The translations under genes and the position numbers were made by a program. DNA of 64,000 nucleotides, taken from NCBI GenBank assembly GCA_951406725.2, contig OX597814.1, positions 64,480,001-64,544,000 of the forward strand. The letters run 5' to 3'. Positions 1-13,005 of this stretch are shown here, in pieces. Source of the DNA: Octopus vulgaris. Taxonomy: Eukaryota. The notes beneath the pieces are model-generated. The model was given only the letters and a program-made list of their open reading frames with translations, did not search any database and was not told where the DNA came from. The number at the start of each line of letters is the position of its first letter. The first letter of the stretch is position 1.

Positions 1-779
1 GTGTATGTGTGCGCGCGCGAATGTGTCAATGTAAAGGCAAATTGACAGCGGAATTCTAAGTGTATGGTAAGTCACGCGGTACTGGTTTTGTTTCGACACT
101 TTGCGTAGTGAGTTCAGATCATACCGACATCAGCCTTGTTTTTCATGCTTGAGGAGTCGATAAAAAAGAAAAAAAATCAAACATCTTAGCGCGGAGGATA
201 ATCGGAACTGTTAGAGTGGCGGAGATGTCTTGCAGCATCTTTTCTGGTTCTTGGTATTTTTCTGGCAGCAACTGCCTCGACAGTATGTCAAGCTTATCCA
301 ACCCTAAAGCTGCAGCCTTTCTCTTGTAGAATATCGATGGCGTGGAGAGGGGAAACTAGAGTATATAAACAACCATCGCCAGTCTTCCAAAACGAATCTT
401 GCTCAATCCTGCGCACACTGATATAGTGAAATCGTCAGCTATGATGGACGGAGCCCTTTCCAAAAACATGATTCCGGCTTCGGACCCACTCTGTGCCAGT
501 GTCTTCTACTACGTCCTTACGCAAACCAGACTTGTGAACCTCTTACACACACGCACACACACATACACACACATGCTTGCATATACGTATATATGTATCA
601 CTCCCACTCTCTCTCTCTCTCTCTCTCTATCTACTGTCTTCTTCAAGCTTCCGGGCAACATACCCATGCGTGATCATTTTTCTGTATGCTGAGTTCTTTC
701 CATCCAGATCTTCTCTGAGGTAAGAGAGCTGTTTTGGGTCTGTATAGGAAATCATCAGGAAGAGAGTGTTTCTTGAGGA

Positions 780-1110
780 GTTTACTGCCAACTCGTACAA
801 TGTTGGTCACTTAACTTCTCAGCACTGCATTCATATATATATTAGTTTTGCTACCGTTGTTTAGCAGGCGCTGCCTCATTGATACCATACGGTATTCGAA
901 AGCCGTCTTCACTGATCGCTGGCCTCTACCACCTTCATTTCTTCTTAGGTAGAGCATGTCAAGGATGTTTCGGGTTTTTATATCTGTGGAGTGGATTTCC
1001 TCTACAGACCAATCAATTATCCCAAATGTTGGGATCAGCACTGGTACTGCAAATGCATTGTGGGATATTGTTTTGTTGTAAGAGGAGAGTTCCGACTACC
1101 ATATCTTCCT
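780..1110 (-). mobile_element. Decayed non-LTR retrotransposon fragment (RT C-terminal region, R4/Dong-like)
   Basis: Minus strand translates SELSSYNKTISHNAFAVPVLIPTFGIIDWSVEEIHSTDIKTRNIL...LYLRRNEGGRG, matching the recalled AVPVL.Y.FG.I.W and LYLPR..GGRGL motifs of R4/Dong-clade RTs; internally deleted. Confidence 0.7.
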
Positions 1111-1285
1111 AAGTCTGGTGTAATATTCTGTCTCTGTCTCTCTGTCAGTATGTATATATGTATGTATGTATATATACCAACATCATCATCATCATCGTCG
1201 TCGTAGTCGTTGTCATCGTCATCAACATCCTCCTCAGTATCATCATCATCATCATCATCATTATTATTATTGTTATTAGCATTGT

Positions 1286-1425
1286 TCTGAGCTCAAATTT
1301 TGCCGAGTTCAAGTTTACTTTTATCCTTTCGGGGTTGATAAAATAAGTACCAGTTGCGTACTGAAGTTGATGTAATCGCTAAACTCTCCCCCAAATTCCA
1401 GGCCTTGTGCTTATCGTAGAAATTA
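1286..1425 (+). mobile_element. tRNA-derived SINE family A, 5'-truncated
   Basis: ttctgagctcaaattttgccgag...ctttcggggttgataaaataagtaccagttg, shared with more than 15 copies in the window; ends in (TTA)n. Confidence 0.8.
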
Positions 1426-2188
1426 TTATTAGTGTCGTTATTGATGTTGTTGTTAGAGTTATTGCTGCTGTTACTATCAATTGACAGACAAACCCTCATT
1501 CATGAGCACCTAAGGTTTTAATTTGTATGTACGTGTATGTGTGTGAGAGCTTATATATATATATATATATATATGAGTATTTGTTTGTGTAAATGTATTC
1601 TGTAATTTCCACCTATGTCAGATCTTAACTCACCGAGTTATGTATAAGGACCACTTGTTATGATTGGTTAGCAAACTTTAGTTTCAAATTTGTTGAACTT
1701 CTGACAAGTATACTAAGGGTGAATTTGAGCTTTAAGGGGAGAGAGAGAGAGATGAAGAGAAAAAGAGAGCGCAAAACAGAGAGAAAGGGAGAGAGAGAAA
1801 GAAAGATAATAATTACAGCCCAAATTAGTAAGGGTCAGCGATGTACTGAAAAATCAAAGAAATACATTCATATTTGTGTGTATGTTTGTGTCTAAGTGCT
1901 TGTGTTTGTGTGAGTGTGTGTGTGTGTGGATGCGTACGTGTGCGTATGTGTTGTGTGCGTGTGTATGGTGTGTGTGGTGCGTGTATGTTTCTGCGTTAGC
2001 GCGCGCGCACGTGCATGATTAGAAATCGTTAGGCATTTAAGAATTTCGTAATTATTGCGCTTTGTTTTGCCAAATGTATTTCACGAAAACTTCGGTAACT
2101 AAAATCTAGTCGATCGAAACTGTGTAGAAGCCTGTTAGATACTTAGATGTATGTATACCTATCTACCAGTATATAAATAAATAAATAA

Positions 2189-2277
<89 letters not shown>

Positions 2278-2355
2278 TATACGTGTGTGTGTATGTGTGT
2301 ATGTGTGTGTTTGCGTGTGGTATGACAATCTATTAAGCGTACGAGAAACCTTTCT

Positions 2356-2553
2356 CCTATAGGCTCAAAGCCTGAAATTTTAAAGGGGAATGGTAGTCGA
2401 TTACATCGACCCCAGTACTCAACTGGTATTTATTTTCTCGATTCCGAAATGGCTGAAAGGCAAAATCGACCTCGGCGAAATTTGAACTCAGAACGTAAAC
2501 ACATATGGAATGCCGTTAAGCATTTTTGTCTGGCGCGTTAAAAATTCTGCCTC
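2356..2553 (-). mobile_element. SINE family A
   Basis: Reverse complement of the family A consensus (aaatgcttaacggcatt...gttctgagttcaaatttcgccgaggtcgattttgcc). Confidence 0.8.
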
Positions 2554-3668
2554 GTTAATCAGTACAAGAATGAAAGATTATTTATGTCCATTAGTAAATT
2601 TTAGTATCTTTCTAGTGTATTTGGAATATAACTATATTAAACTAGCGTCAGATTTTGCTACATGAGTTGAACTGGATCAGATCATCAATGCTCGATAAGC
2701 CACAGCTGAATCATGCAGATTAAGAGAAGCTATATCAAATTATAATCATCTTGAATATCGAGGCAAACTCTATATGGACGCTCAACAAGTTGAAAATAAC
2801 AGTAAAATCTCCTTCAAATTATGTTCTACTCTTTTGAAAAGGCATAACTGTAGTGGGTAATGTAGTCCTAAACACTGCAATGCCTGAGAGGACAGGACAG
2901 ACGGTGCATACACAACTTTGAGCATTGGTTTGTTCTGTCACACAACTGGTGGAGAGTTGACCAATGAGGAAGCCTCTTCTATATGAAATGGAAGCAACAT
3001 CTCTCTCAAATCTCACATTACTGTCTTAAAAAACCGATGTATGAAAAAATACAAGAAGGTTAAGGTTGTATCATTTTGATCTTAGTTCTACTCACTTTGG
3101 ATTAATGAGATGGGGATGAGATTACAACAATAACAACGAAAAGCAGAGGGTTCAATCAAATTGTTGGCTTCTAGTGGGGTAGATTATTCAGCTGAAGACA
3201 TCGAAATGAACGATATATCCCAAGGCATCTTATTTGGTTTTGCAATCTCTGTGGCACCTTCAGTCTGTCGGTGAAATTTGAAGACAAGTTACATAAGTAT
3301 AGAAGAACATCTTATGATATTGTTGTAATTAGAGAGATAAAAATATTGATAAAGATATCTAATATCTGTTATTCTATACATTGCCACTTTAAGGCACACT
3401 AGCACATATATACAACTTAACAACTACCGATATAATTCACACATGTGCGCGCACACACACTTGCACACACAAAGAGAAATATTCATATTTACATATACAC
3501 ACACAGAGAAATGCATAGCATGAATCTGATATAGATGTTTTTCGGGCTTATCTTCATAAATGTACCAGACTAGCATCGAATGTACAAAGTGCTTTGAATA
3601 TAAGTATATACAAGCTTGCATCATACCTTATACATGCTAACACAAAGACAAACACAACATATACACCC

Positions 3669-3719
<51 letters not shown>

Positions 3720-4239
3720 ATGTATACACACGCACCTAGATAAAACTCTCACGTATACACGCATAAAGACATGATTCTCATATATATTGCAAACATATAG
3801 TATATACCATTCTCCATGTTTGTTTTATATGTGTGTTTGTGTTTATGTATACATACATACATATACATATGTATATATATATATGTGTGTGTGTATGTGT
3901 GTATATTAGTATATTATATAAATATATGCATATAAACACACACACACATATATACATACACATATGCACAGATACAAATATATAATTGCGATGAGCGCCA
4001 CTATTATTCCCTTCAGATTTGGGCTTTTATTGTTAATCGCATTAAACTCCCACCGTTGCATATTTGAAGTGAGTCCTGCTCAGTCTGATGTGGGCTATGG
4101 CGTAATATAAGAGCAGATCATTATATATGTATATGTGTGCATGTACGTATACATATATATATGTATATATATAGATGTGTGTGTATATATATATATATCA
4201 TGTGATTGACTAGATTATTGGATGTTTTTATATATTGCT

Positions 4240-4420
4240 TGTCACAATGCGCTTTACATCGTCTTAGCTCTTGAATGATGCCACATTGCTCGCTAGAGTG
4301 AGCTGGCCAACAGAAAACAATTAGACTAGACCAACGAGAAGAAATACAACGCACTGCTCGCTCCGGGAATCGAACACATGATCTAACGATCGTGATTGCA
4401 ACATCCGAACCAGTAAGCCA
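4240..4420 (-). mobile_element. tRNA-derived SINE family C, degenerate
   Basis: Minus strand tggcttactggttcggatgttgc...gttcgattcccggagcg gives A-box and B-box motifs; related to the copy at 12695-13005. Confidence 0.55.
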
Positions 4421-5273
4421 CGCGCATTCATCCGCATACACACACACATACACACACACGCACACACATAAACACACACACACATTCTTTCTAGACTAGT
4501 GTGTATACTAGAATGTAGGCTGGGAAATTCAAAGAGACTCTCGTTATATATTTCGAAAACACATGAACGGTAAGATAAATTTCGTTGTGTTGTACCACAT
4601 AAGCAACGTGTAATTAAATCGTATTTCATTACTGTGAAGGGTTTGGAGAAGATAAAGCATTGCATCAACTCACTTGTTCTATTTCCCTTTGAGTGTCTGG
4701 TCGGATTTTTGTTCTGATTACCGGTTGTTAGATTCATGGTGTATAGGCATCTAGTTATTTTGTTTACATCCATACGCACCCAAATCGCTCTTTCACTCGT
4801 GGCTACCAAATTCTTTAGACAATCTATTATTTCTTTCGTGAAAACACGAAATTTTATCCTGAGTGAAATCTTTCTTGTAATCTATATACTAGCCATCTGT
4901 AGGTGTTCGTAATCAGCTAATTTAACCAGAAGGCTAGTCATTGATTGTACATTGTCTACCATATGCTTCCGTTTTCCTGAAAATCTTAGTACTATGTGAG
5001 ATTTTCAAAACCGTTATTTTGTGATAGAATGAATAAAAGACAGTACCACAATAAAAGTAAACTCTACGATAACCATACGTTAAATCAGCAACAATAACAG
5101 CAAAAAACAAGCAGCAACAAAGAAATAACATGATTCAAAGTGCTTTCATAATTTTTTTCCTTCCTGTAATGCTTTAGGCTACAGCAAATCGAACAGACGA
5201 TCCTATGGTCAAAAGGCTACCAGCAGTAACAACTCATGCTATAGACTACTAGCTGTAGCACTGTAAATATATA

Positions 5274-6081
5274 CAGGGTGCGATGAATAAGCTGTCATCT
5301 AAATTACGCAAAAATGAAAATAACACTGACATCTCATTTTAACAGATATATTTACCAAAATTGCAGAAAAATATCTTGAAATACTGAAGAGTAAATTTAT
5401 TCAATAAAATCGCCATTGGCTTCAGGCACGGCCTCCAGACGACTTCGGAATCGCCTGCCATAATCCTTGCCTTCAGTTCATCTTTGGTGTTACTAGGAGT
5501 TTTGTTGGTCTCTCGTTCAAATGTGTCCCACACATAATAATCAAGGGCGGTGCAGTCTGGGGAGTTAGGTGACCAGATGTGGTCACAGAAATTGTCTGAC
5601 AACCATTACTGGGTTCTGCTGCTTGTGTGGAATGGCACAGAGTCATGTTGCCAGACATAGGATCTTCCAGCAGCTACCCTCTTGGCCCAGGGCAGCACTA
5701 CCTCCTTAATGTAGGCCTCCGTGTTTAGTCTGAGGCTATATGGGAAGATGAATTGAAGCATAACGTCGCCATCAATAGTGATCACTTCAAACCTCATGAC
5801 TGGATGTTTGAATTTTATCGCTCACATGTCGCCAGATTGCACTGTTCTCAGATTGACACTCAAACAATCTGAAATGTTCGTATTGGAGCTTCCGGCTCGA
5901 ATGCCAAGCAGTACAACATGTCGTTTCCAAATTTGTGGCAAAGTGAATTACGTCATGGTGCTGTTTTTCTCTTAGATTGTGCCCAACTGAGCCTACTACG
6001 CTGTGTAGTCGACAAAATCAAAAATAATGTGCGTGCGCGACATAGAAAATATAAAATGGCGACAATTTACCCATCGCACCC

Positions 6082-6083
<2 letters not shown>
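5274..6083 (-). mobile_element. Internally deleted Tc1/mariner transposon (maT/DD37D-like), pseudogenised transposase
   Basis: TIRs cagggtgcgatgaataagctgtc (5274) and gacaatttacccatcgcaccctg (ends 6083), TA at 5272-5273. Minus strand reads YVWQHDSVPFHTSSRTQ*WLSDNFCDHIWSPNSPDCTALDYYVW. D-D spacing is 33 in this copy, so DD37D assignment assumes a 4-codon deletion (inference). Confidence 0.85.
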
Positions 6084-6115
<32 letters not shown>

Positions 6116-6325
6116 GTTTATTATTTGTACTGAACACTGATTCTCACATTTCTAAATACAAACGCACACAGACACTGGCATATACATATTAGCTAAATAT
6201 TTTTCTTTAATGTATGCAATATACTGTTACTTTAGATTTGCCAGATCAATTTTATAAAAAGTAGCAAAACTGTATGGGAATGAAGCACAAAATTAAAAAA
6301 AATATTTGCTAATAAATTAAAAATA

Positions 6326-6730
6326 GGCGCAGGCGTGGCTGTGTGATAAGCTTGTTCCCAACTACACGTTTCCAGGTTCTGTCCTACTGCGTAGCACCTT
6401 GGGCAACTGTCATCTATATCCTTGGGCTGGCCAAAGCCTTGTGAATGGATTTGGTAGATGGAAATTGAAAGAAGCCTGTATTATCTATACATGTGTGTGT
6501 TTGATATGTGTGTGTGTGTGTGTGTGCGTGTGTCCGTGTATCTATGCATGTGTCTTTTTGTGTCTGCGTTTGTACCCTCACCACCGCTTTACGACTGGTG
6601 TTGGTGTACTTGTGTCCCCGTAATAAAGCGGTTCAGCAAAAAAGAGCGATGGAATAAATACTGGCTCGTTTCATTCGACGAAAGATTCAAGGCAGTACCC
6701 CAGCATGACTGAATAAAAGAAAAGAAAAGA
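6326..6730 (+). mobile_element. tRNA-derived SINE family B
   Basis: ggcgcaggcgtggctgtg head, ccttgggcaa core, internal (TG)n and (taaaaga)n tail; same family as 21419-21831. Confidence 0.85.
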
Positions 6731-7196
6731 ATATATATATAAGACTTGCTAGTTGGTGCGATCTAATTTACTTAGTTGGGGATTTAATATAGTATACGAT
6801 AAGATTCCAATGACCTTTGAAACTTTAAATTTTAATATAGTAAATTTGCGTGAATTAAAAATAAAATAATGACGTATAATCCCTGTAACTGGAAAAGCAA
6901 GTTAACCGGGTATCCACTGTCAACTGAGTGAAGAAAATAAGCATCACACAGGACAGGTATCAAGGATTCACACTTTACAGTTAAGCATACGATGCAAGAT
7001 TTAAAGGGAAGTTTGAATTAGCTTATACAGAATTAGTCATATTAGCAAATATCTGACGTTCATAGGATCGGTTTTACATCAAGGAATATGATAGCGAAGG
7101 TATTTCTATTGTCTTGAATGTACATGCGCATTCACACATCATCGTTAATTTCTAATTTTGATATTTCAATATACCTATTTCTATTCTCTTACCTAG

Positions 7197-7405
7197 GACT
7201 TGGTCACGATGGACTCGATCGATCCACAGACCATCTGGATAGAGACACATACCAGAATGCACCGCGGCAAAAACGGATGAGAACTTCGTTCAAGCATCAC
7301 CAGCTGAGAGCTCTTAAGTCATATTTTGCAGTCAACCATAATCCAGATGCAAAGGATTTAAAGCATCTGGCACAGAAAACAAATCTTACAAAACGTGTTT
7401 TACAG
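7197..7405 (+). CDS. Lhx2/9: LIM-homeobox Lhx2/9 (apterous) gene, penultimate coding exon (homeodomain helices 1-2 and start of helix 3)
   Basis: Pyrimidine tract plus AG acceptor at 7195-7196 (phase 1) and donor CAG|GTAAG at 7405/7406 (phase 0). Encodes QKRMRTSFKHHQLRALKSYFAVNHNPDAKDLKHLAQKTNLTKRVLQ, the diagnostic Lhx2/9/apterous homeodomain sequence. Confidence 0.96.
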
Positions 7406-7782
7406 GTAAGGCATTAATATTGAAATTTATCTTTTATTTTAATTCATATCAACTTTTAAAAAACAATGAATTGTCCTTTTCTATAAACTGAAGCCGCCAT
7501 CAAACATTTTTCCAAATTGCACACGTTTTATCGATGAACCAACGCTTTGAACGATAATATATAATGCCAGTATATATTTGACAGCAATTTCTTAAATAGT
7601 CATAATGCCGAAAATTTGTTGTGATGGGGACAGTTCCTTTATCGTATTTAGAAGGATGACATGTAAAGATGATCATGGCAGATTTGAACATAAAGGGTCG
7701 GAACAAAAACTGCAAGGCATTTTGTCCGTCGTTCTAACAACTGTGTCAATGTATACCCTAATATCGCATATTTAATAAGGAT

Positions 7783-7973
7783 CTCAAATTTTGGCATATG
7801 GTCATCAATTTTGGAAGAAGAGTTAGTCGATTAGGTTACTGATTTTGTCGACCCTGAAATGATGAAAGGCAAAATCGACCTAATGAGGAATTTGAACGCA
7901 GAATGTAAAGACGGATGAAATGCCGTTAAGCATTTTGCCTGGCGTGCTAAAGATTCTGCCAGCTCGACGCCTT
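7783..7973 (-). mobile_element. SINE family A inside the last Lhx2/9 intron
   Basis: Reverse complement begins taaggcgtcgagctggcagaatctttagcacgccaggcaaaatgcttaacggcatttc. Confidence 0.8.
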
Positions 7974-8182
7974 AATTGTTCTCTAAATATTGAAAGTCAG
8001 AGAATGATATTAGTGTATGTTATGAAGGCCATACATACATTGGTATGCTTTTAGAAGTAACTCTTGCAAGCGAGTTCTTCGTGATGTATTTCTGCTCGTG
8101 TGTTTGTGAGTGAGGATTCATATGAGTGTTTTTAATACTCACACCTAATCTTCAATCATTTTATTTTTATCATTTCAATTAG

Positions 8183-8455
8183 GTTTGGTTCCAAAATGCA
8201 AGAGCGAAGTATCGAAGAAATTGTCAAAAGCAAGACCAAGATAGAGTCCCAGGAAATGGTCAGTCAGGACTCACACCCTCTAACCAAAGTAGCGAAAATG
8301 GAAGCAACTCGGAAATCCAGACAGTTGGAGATTTATCAAACGAACGATCGCCTGGTTTATCCGATATTAGCTCAACTCCATCTTTACAAGGAAGTTGCCT
8401 CGATTCAGATCAGTCAAACAGCCTTTCTGATTTCCTGTCGGGAAATTTTGCATAA
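8183..8455 (+). CDS. Lhx2/9: Lhx2/9 (apterous) last coding exon: recognition helix and Ser-rich C-terminus
   Basis: AG acceptor at 8181-8182; in-frame VWFQNARAKYRRNCQKQDQDRVPGNGQSG...SLSDFLSGNFA then TAA at 8453-8455 (90 codons). Completes the homeodomain across a 777-bp GT-AG intron (7406-8182). Confidence 0.95.
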   Translation, partial: VWFQNARAKYRRNCQKQDQDRVPGNGQSGLTPSNQSSENGSNSEIQTVGDLSNERSPGLSDISSTPSLQGSCLDSDQSNSLSDFLSGNFA

Positions 8456-8759
8456 AGAGGGTATTATTGAAAGAAAATTAAGTACATACACACTTTATAA
8501 AGACTACGCACTCCAGATGGTGTACTCAAGTACCTATTGTGTACTTCTGACAAAAAGTTTGCAATTCAATGGGCAATTGCAAATTAAAGTAACAAGGAGA
8601 AAATATAAGAATTATAAACCCAATATATGTATGCTATATATATATATATGTATACACGCTTACATACATAATACATATATATATATATATCTATGTATAT
8701 GTATATATATATATACACACACACAAACATAATGAAGCACTAATGATGCTAAAGTAATT

Positions 8760-8785
8760 ATGACAATAACAATGATAACGTTGAC

Positions 8786-8840
<55 letters not shown>

Positions 8841-8989
8841 GGGATGATAATGATGTCGATGTTGATGATGATGAGGGTGTTGATAATAAATGATAATAAA
8901 AGTAATTATGGCGATGACGATGATGAAAATAACGTTGGCGATAATGACAACGTTGATGACGGCAAAGATGATGATCTTGGTGAGGATGG

Positions 8990-9020
<31 letters not shown>

Positions 9021-9060
9021 AAGGAGGAGGAGGAAGAGAAAATGGAAAACGATCAAGATA
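8760..9060 (+). repeat. (GAT)n-rich trinucleotide array in the probable Lhx2/9 3' UTR
   Basis: Pure and degenerate GAT runs; a similar array lies at about 9780-9920. Confidence 0.9.
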
Positions 9061-9945
9061 ATAATATAGTAATTACACAAAGTTAAAAGTTGTTACTCAC
9101 ACACACAGGCACACACATACACACACATACATACACATGTAGAACTTACTAGAAGTGATGTACAACTTTATATATTAAGAAAAAGGAGATTGTTCAAAAT
9201 TTTGACTACCACTTTTTCCTTAATATATACATACATACATACATGCGCATATATATATATATATATACGCACATATACATATATACATATATACTTGAAT
9301 GTATATATGTATGTATTTATGTACAGTTGATGCATAAGTTGGCAGATTAGCATATAAGTTCCCTCTGCACATTCTTAATACTAGAAAGAAATGCAATATA
9401 AGATACAGATATTGTTAAAATTAAGAAAACAAATACATTAACAAACCAAAATAGACACAGATTACCAAGGAAGACCATTATCATGTTTGATACATCAGCA
9501 GTATACATATACTAAAAGCTGCAACAAGACATACTTGAAACTAGAGTGAAACAAACCTCAAACTGTAAACAGACTGTTTTATTATGAACAAAAACTAGAT
9601 ATAAATAAGGTAACACAGTGGCTTTGTATGAAAAGAAATGTAAAAAAAATAAAAATAAAAATAAAGGTTATTATTGTACTAACTATACTGATGATGATGA
9701 TGATGATAATGACGACAACTTCATTAATCATGTACAAATTGATAATAATGAAAACAATGAGGATTATAAATGAAGTTGAAGACGATAATATTATCGATGA
9801 TGATGGTGGTGATGATGATGATGATGATGATAATGACGCTGATGATGATGATGATGAAGATGATGATGATGATGATGAGGAGGAGGATGATCACGATGAT
9901 GGTGACGACTACGACTACGATGGTGAAGTGTACAAAATAGGGTAA

Positions 9946-9956
9946 AATAAAATAAA
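9946..9956 (+). promoter_or_regulatory. Candidate polyadenylation signal for Lhx2/9
   Basis: Overlapping AATAAA hexamers (9946-9951, 9951-9956) with an upstream TGTA and downstream tgttatttc. Alternatives exist at 12279-12297, and the AT-rich background weakens the call. Confidence 0.3.
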
Positions 9957-10062
9957 CTGTTATTTCGCTATGGAAAAGAAAAGACTGGAAATATATATTT
10001 ACACACATTGTAACACCTACAGATTTACAACTACACACGCACTTGTACGCGCATATATTGCT

Positions 10063-10093
<31 letters not shown>

Positions 10094-10145
10094 TACACAC
10101 ACACACATAGAAACACACGTACACGCACACATATGTGTGTGTATG

Positions 10146-10203
<58 letters not shown>

Positions 10204-11272
10204 TATATTTGTGTGTGTGTGTGTGTTATATGTTATATGGTTTGCACGTATATGATCAAACACATGCAAGCAGGTTCTCCGAAATCTGAACGTTGTGGGC
10301 ATCGTGCATAATGATATTCTCGAGTTCGCAGGATCTGTACCCCGAGAAATCAGTGGCTGGAATTTTACATCCAAAGGTTGTTTTAAAAATCACACACGCA
10401 CACACACACACACACACACATACACATACACACACACACTCACGCATTAACACATACGAACACATGTATGTATTTATATTTAAAATAATAGACATTTAAA
10501 AGCTCTTCTTAGATTAATAACACTACTTTACATTGTATATCTCTCCTGTTGGCCACAATATAAGACCCGGACACCATATGAACATAACTAAACCACTCAT
10601 TGTTCTCAAAAATGCATTTATAAATTGATAATGAGAATTGCATAGGCACACACGCAAACATTTATTATATGTACAGATAAAATTCACGTGTATGTTCTCT
10701 GTGTGTCTTAGTATTTGTGAATATATATATATATATATAAAAGCACGTGGTTGTACGTCTTTATGTAGGTATCAAGTAGGTAACTAGTTGTATATACATG
10801 ACAGCGCTTAGAGATGCGTGCGTACTTTTGCGTATGTTTGGTCTTAACAAAGTCTGAGTGAGAGAGAGAGAGAGGAGGGGAGAAAGAGAGAGAGAGAGAG
10901 GGGATAAAGAGAGAGAGGGAGAGAGAGAAAGAGAGAGTATCCAGTTATTAAAGCAGAGACTATACACTCTTTTATTAGAAACTGCTGCACAAGTGACACA
11001 AAGGACTACAGTTTAGTGCGAAGACATGAAAACTAAGTATTTTGGCACAAAACCCTGGATACCTGAGTAAAATGAATAGCAATAGTTACGTATATGTGTG
11101 TAAATCAGTGACTCAGGGTCTGAGAGTTTCGTGCGTTGGCACTTATCAAATAGATGTTAATAAAAATATACTTGTACTCATATTTTGGGTTCTATTTTTC
11201 CTGTTTGCATCAACATACCTGTATATATACATACATACATACTTACATTTATATATGCATTCATACATACAT

Positions 11273-11365
<93 letters not shown>

Positions 11366-11376
11366 TCCATACATAC

Positions 11377-11428
<52 letters not shown>

Positions 11429-11473
11429 CATTATATATATATACATACATTATATATATACTATATATATATA

Positions 11474-11808
11474 TGTTGTGCCTGGGGAGACTCATTCTTT
11501 TTGGGTGACTTATAATTTAGCACACTCACCGGTAAAATTTCCACTTCTTTCTTCATTATTTTAAAAATATTTTACTAACATTTTCGTTGCGTCTTGCAAC
11601 CTTTTCGATAGTTTCGAGAATCAAAACTATTGAAAAGGTTGCAAGACAGAAAGAAAATTTTAGAAAAGTTTCATGAAATAGAAAAGAAATAAGTGGAAAT
11701 TTTACTGTTGAGTGTGTTAAATCATAAGACACCAAGAAAGAATGACTATCCCCAGACACAAACAGAACATGCTTCAACACACGAACTCACATAAAGAACC
11801 TTGCAAAC
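11474..11808. mobile_element. Palindromic (foldback) element, central portion; same family as 15636-16657
   Basis: Arms tgttgtgcctggggagactcattc...ccttttcgatagttt and aaactattgaaaagg...gaatgactatccccagacaca pair around a centre near 11617. Confidence 0.85.
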
Positions 11809-12426
11809 ATTATATTATATATATATGTATATATAAATATGTAAGTACATATAATATATATATGTATATATGCATACATACATATAGATATATTTGTGCG
11901 TGTATAGATGTATATATATGTAAGTCTCCCTCTCTATACATATGTAAGTATGCGTGACTATATATATATATATATATATATATATGCATGTGTTCCTGTA
12001 TTTGCCTTATGCGTGTGTATATTACTTTTTTTGTGCATAGCTCAGTATGTTTGTGGGAGTGTGTTTGTGTATATCTATGAAGTTGCTTTTTTTTTAATAA
12101 TTGTAAGAATATATCGACGCAGTAACGCAATAATCCATACCAATGCCATACAAATTCATACCATACATACCATGCCAAACTGGAAACTAACCAACGTGAC
12201 AAAAAAAAAAAAAAAAAAAAGATAAGGAGATCACGAAAGAGAGAGATGTAATAATGATACAAATTATTAATTAAACAGAATAAAATGAATGAATAAAGAA
12301 AAAGTAATCCAATCCGAAAGAATGACTCGTTTTATATTTTCTGTATGTTGACAATTTTCGTGAAGTTTGTATAAAAGTTTTTCATTTCTTTCCCTATTAT
12401 ATTACAAATATGAGTGCATATATGTA

Positions 12427-12624
12427 CGAGGGGATGCTGAGAAGGTCTTCGCTTAAAGGGTATCACGAAAAGCCTGATTGGAGGTCCAGCTTTCCGAGTT
12501 CTTTTACAGGGCAGAGAAAAACTGGAGGACCGTTAAGTGTGTGGATCTGAGAGAGGAATATGCTGAATAAAATCCTGTATTTTCTATTACCCACAACCAG
12601 GAATTTTTCAACACCCCACCCACG
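12427..12624. mobile_element. Mariner-derived MITE (~200 bp)
   Basis: TA|cgaggggatgctgag...ttcaacaccccacccacg|TA termini; homologous to 30978-31191. Confidence 0.75.
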
Positions 12625-12644
12625 TATATCTCTACACAGACATA

Positions 12645-12694
<50 letters not shown>

Positions 12695-12696
<2 letters not shown>

Positions 12697-13005
12697 AGTA
12701 AGGGCCCTTTCGGTCATAAATGACCATGGGATTTTACCTAGAAAGTTCACCTCAGAGGCACAATTCCAGGCAAGGTTGTCTATGGAAGACCAGCAATCGC
12801 CCATGCATACCCGTTTCCCCTTTCCACGCCACTGATGTTATCCAAAGGAAAGGCAAAGACTGATACAGTTTGGCACCAGTGACATCGCGACTCATTTCTA
12901 CAACTGAGTGAACTGGAGCAACGTGAAATAAAGTGTCTTGCTCAAGAGCACAACACAACACACAACTCGGTCCGGAAATTGAACTCACTACCTCTAATTA
13001 CTGAG
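12695..13005 (-). mobile_element. SINE family C
   Basis: Minus strand gagttcaatttccggaccga (B-box) followed by cttgagcaagacactttatttcacgttgctccagttcactcag central domain and a LINE-like tail. Confidence 0.7.

Noticed and set aside
7118-7196. N-terminal part of ORF 7118-7417
   Set aside because: Intronic pyrimidine tract upstream of the AG acceptor.
1-7196. LIM-domain exons of Lhx2/9
   Set aside because: No CxxC...HxxC zinc-finger coding segment with splice sites found by eye; presumably upstream of the window, though a short linker exon could be missed.
8196-8732. 178-aa ORF overlapping the last Lhx2/9 exon
   Set aside because: Alternative frame of the true exon running into UTR microsatellite; no recognisable domain.
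8691-9945. Poly-H, poly-M and poly-D ORFs
   Set aside because: Translations of (GAT)n arrays.
11042-11564. Long [12 protein letters not shown] ORFs here and throughout the window
   Set aside because: Di- and tetranucleotide microsatellites lack stop codons; not genes.
12201-12220. A20 tract as a retrocopy tail
   Set aside because: No upstream retroposed body or TSD recognisable.
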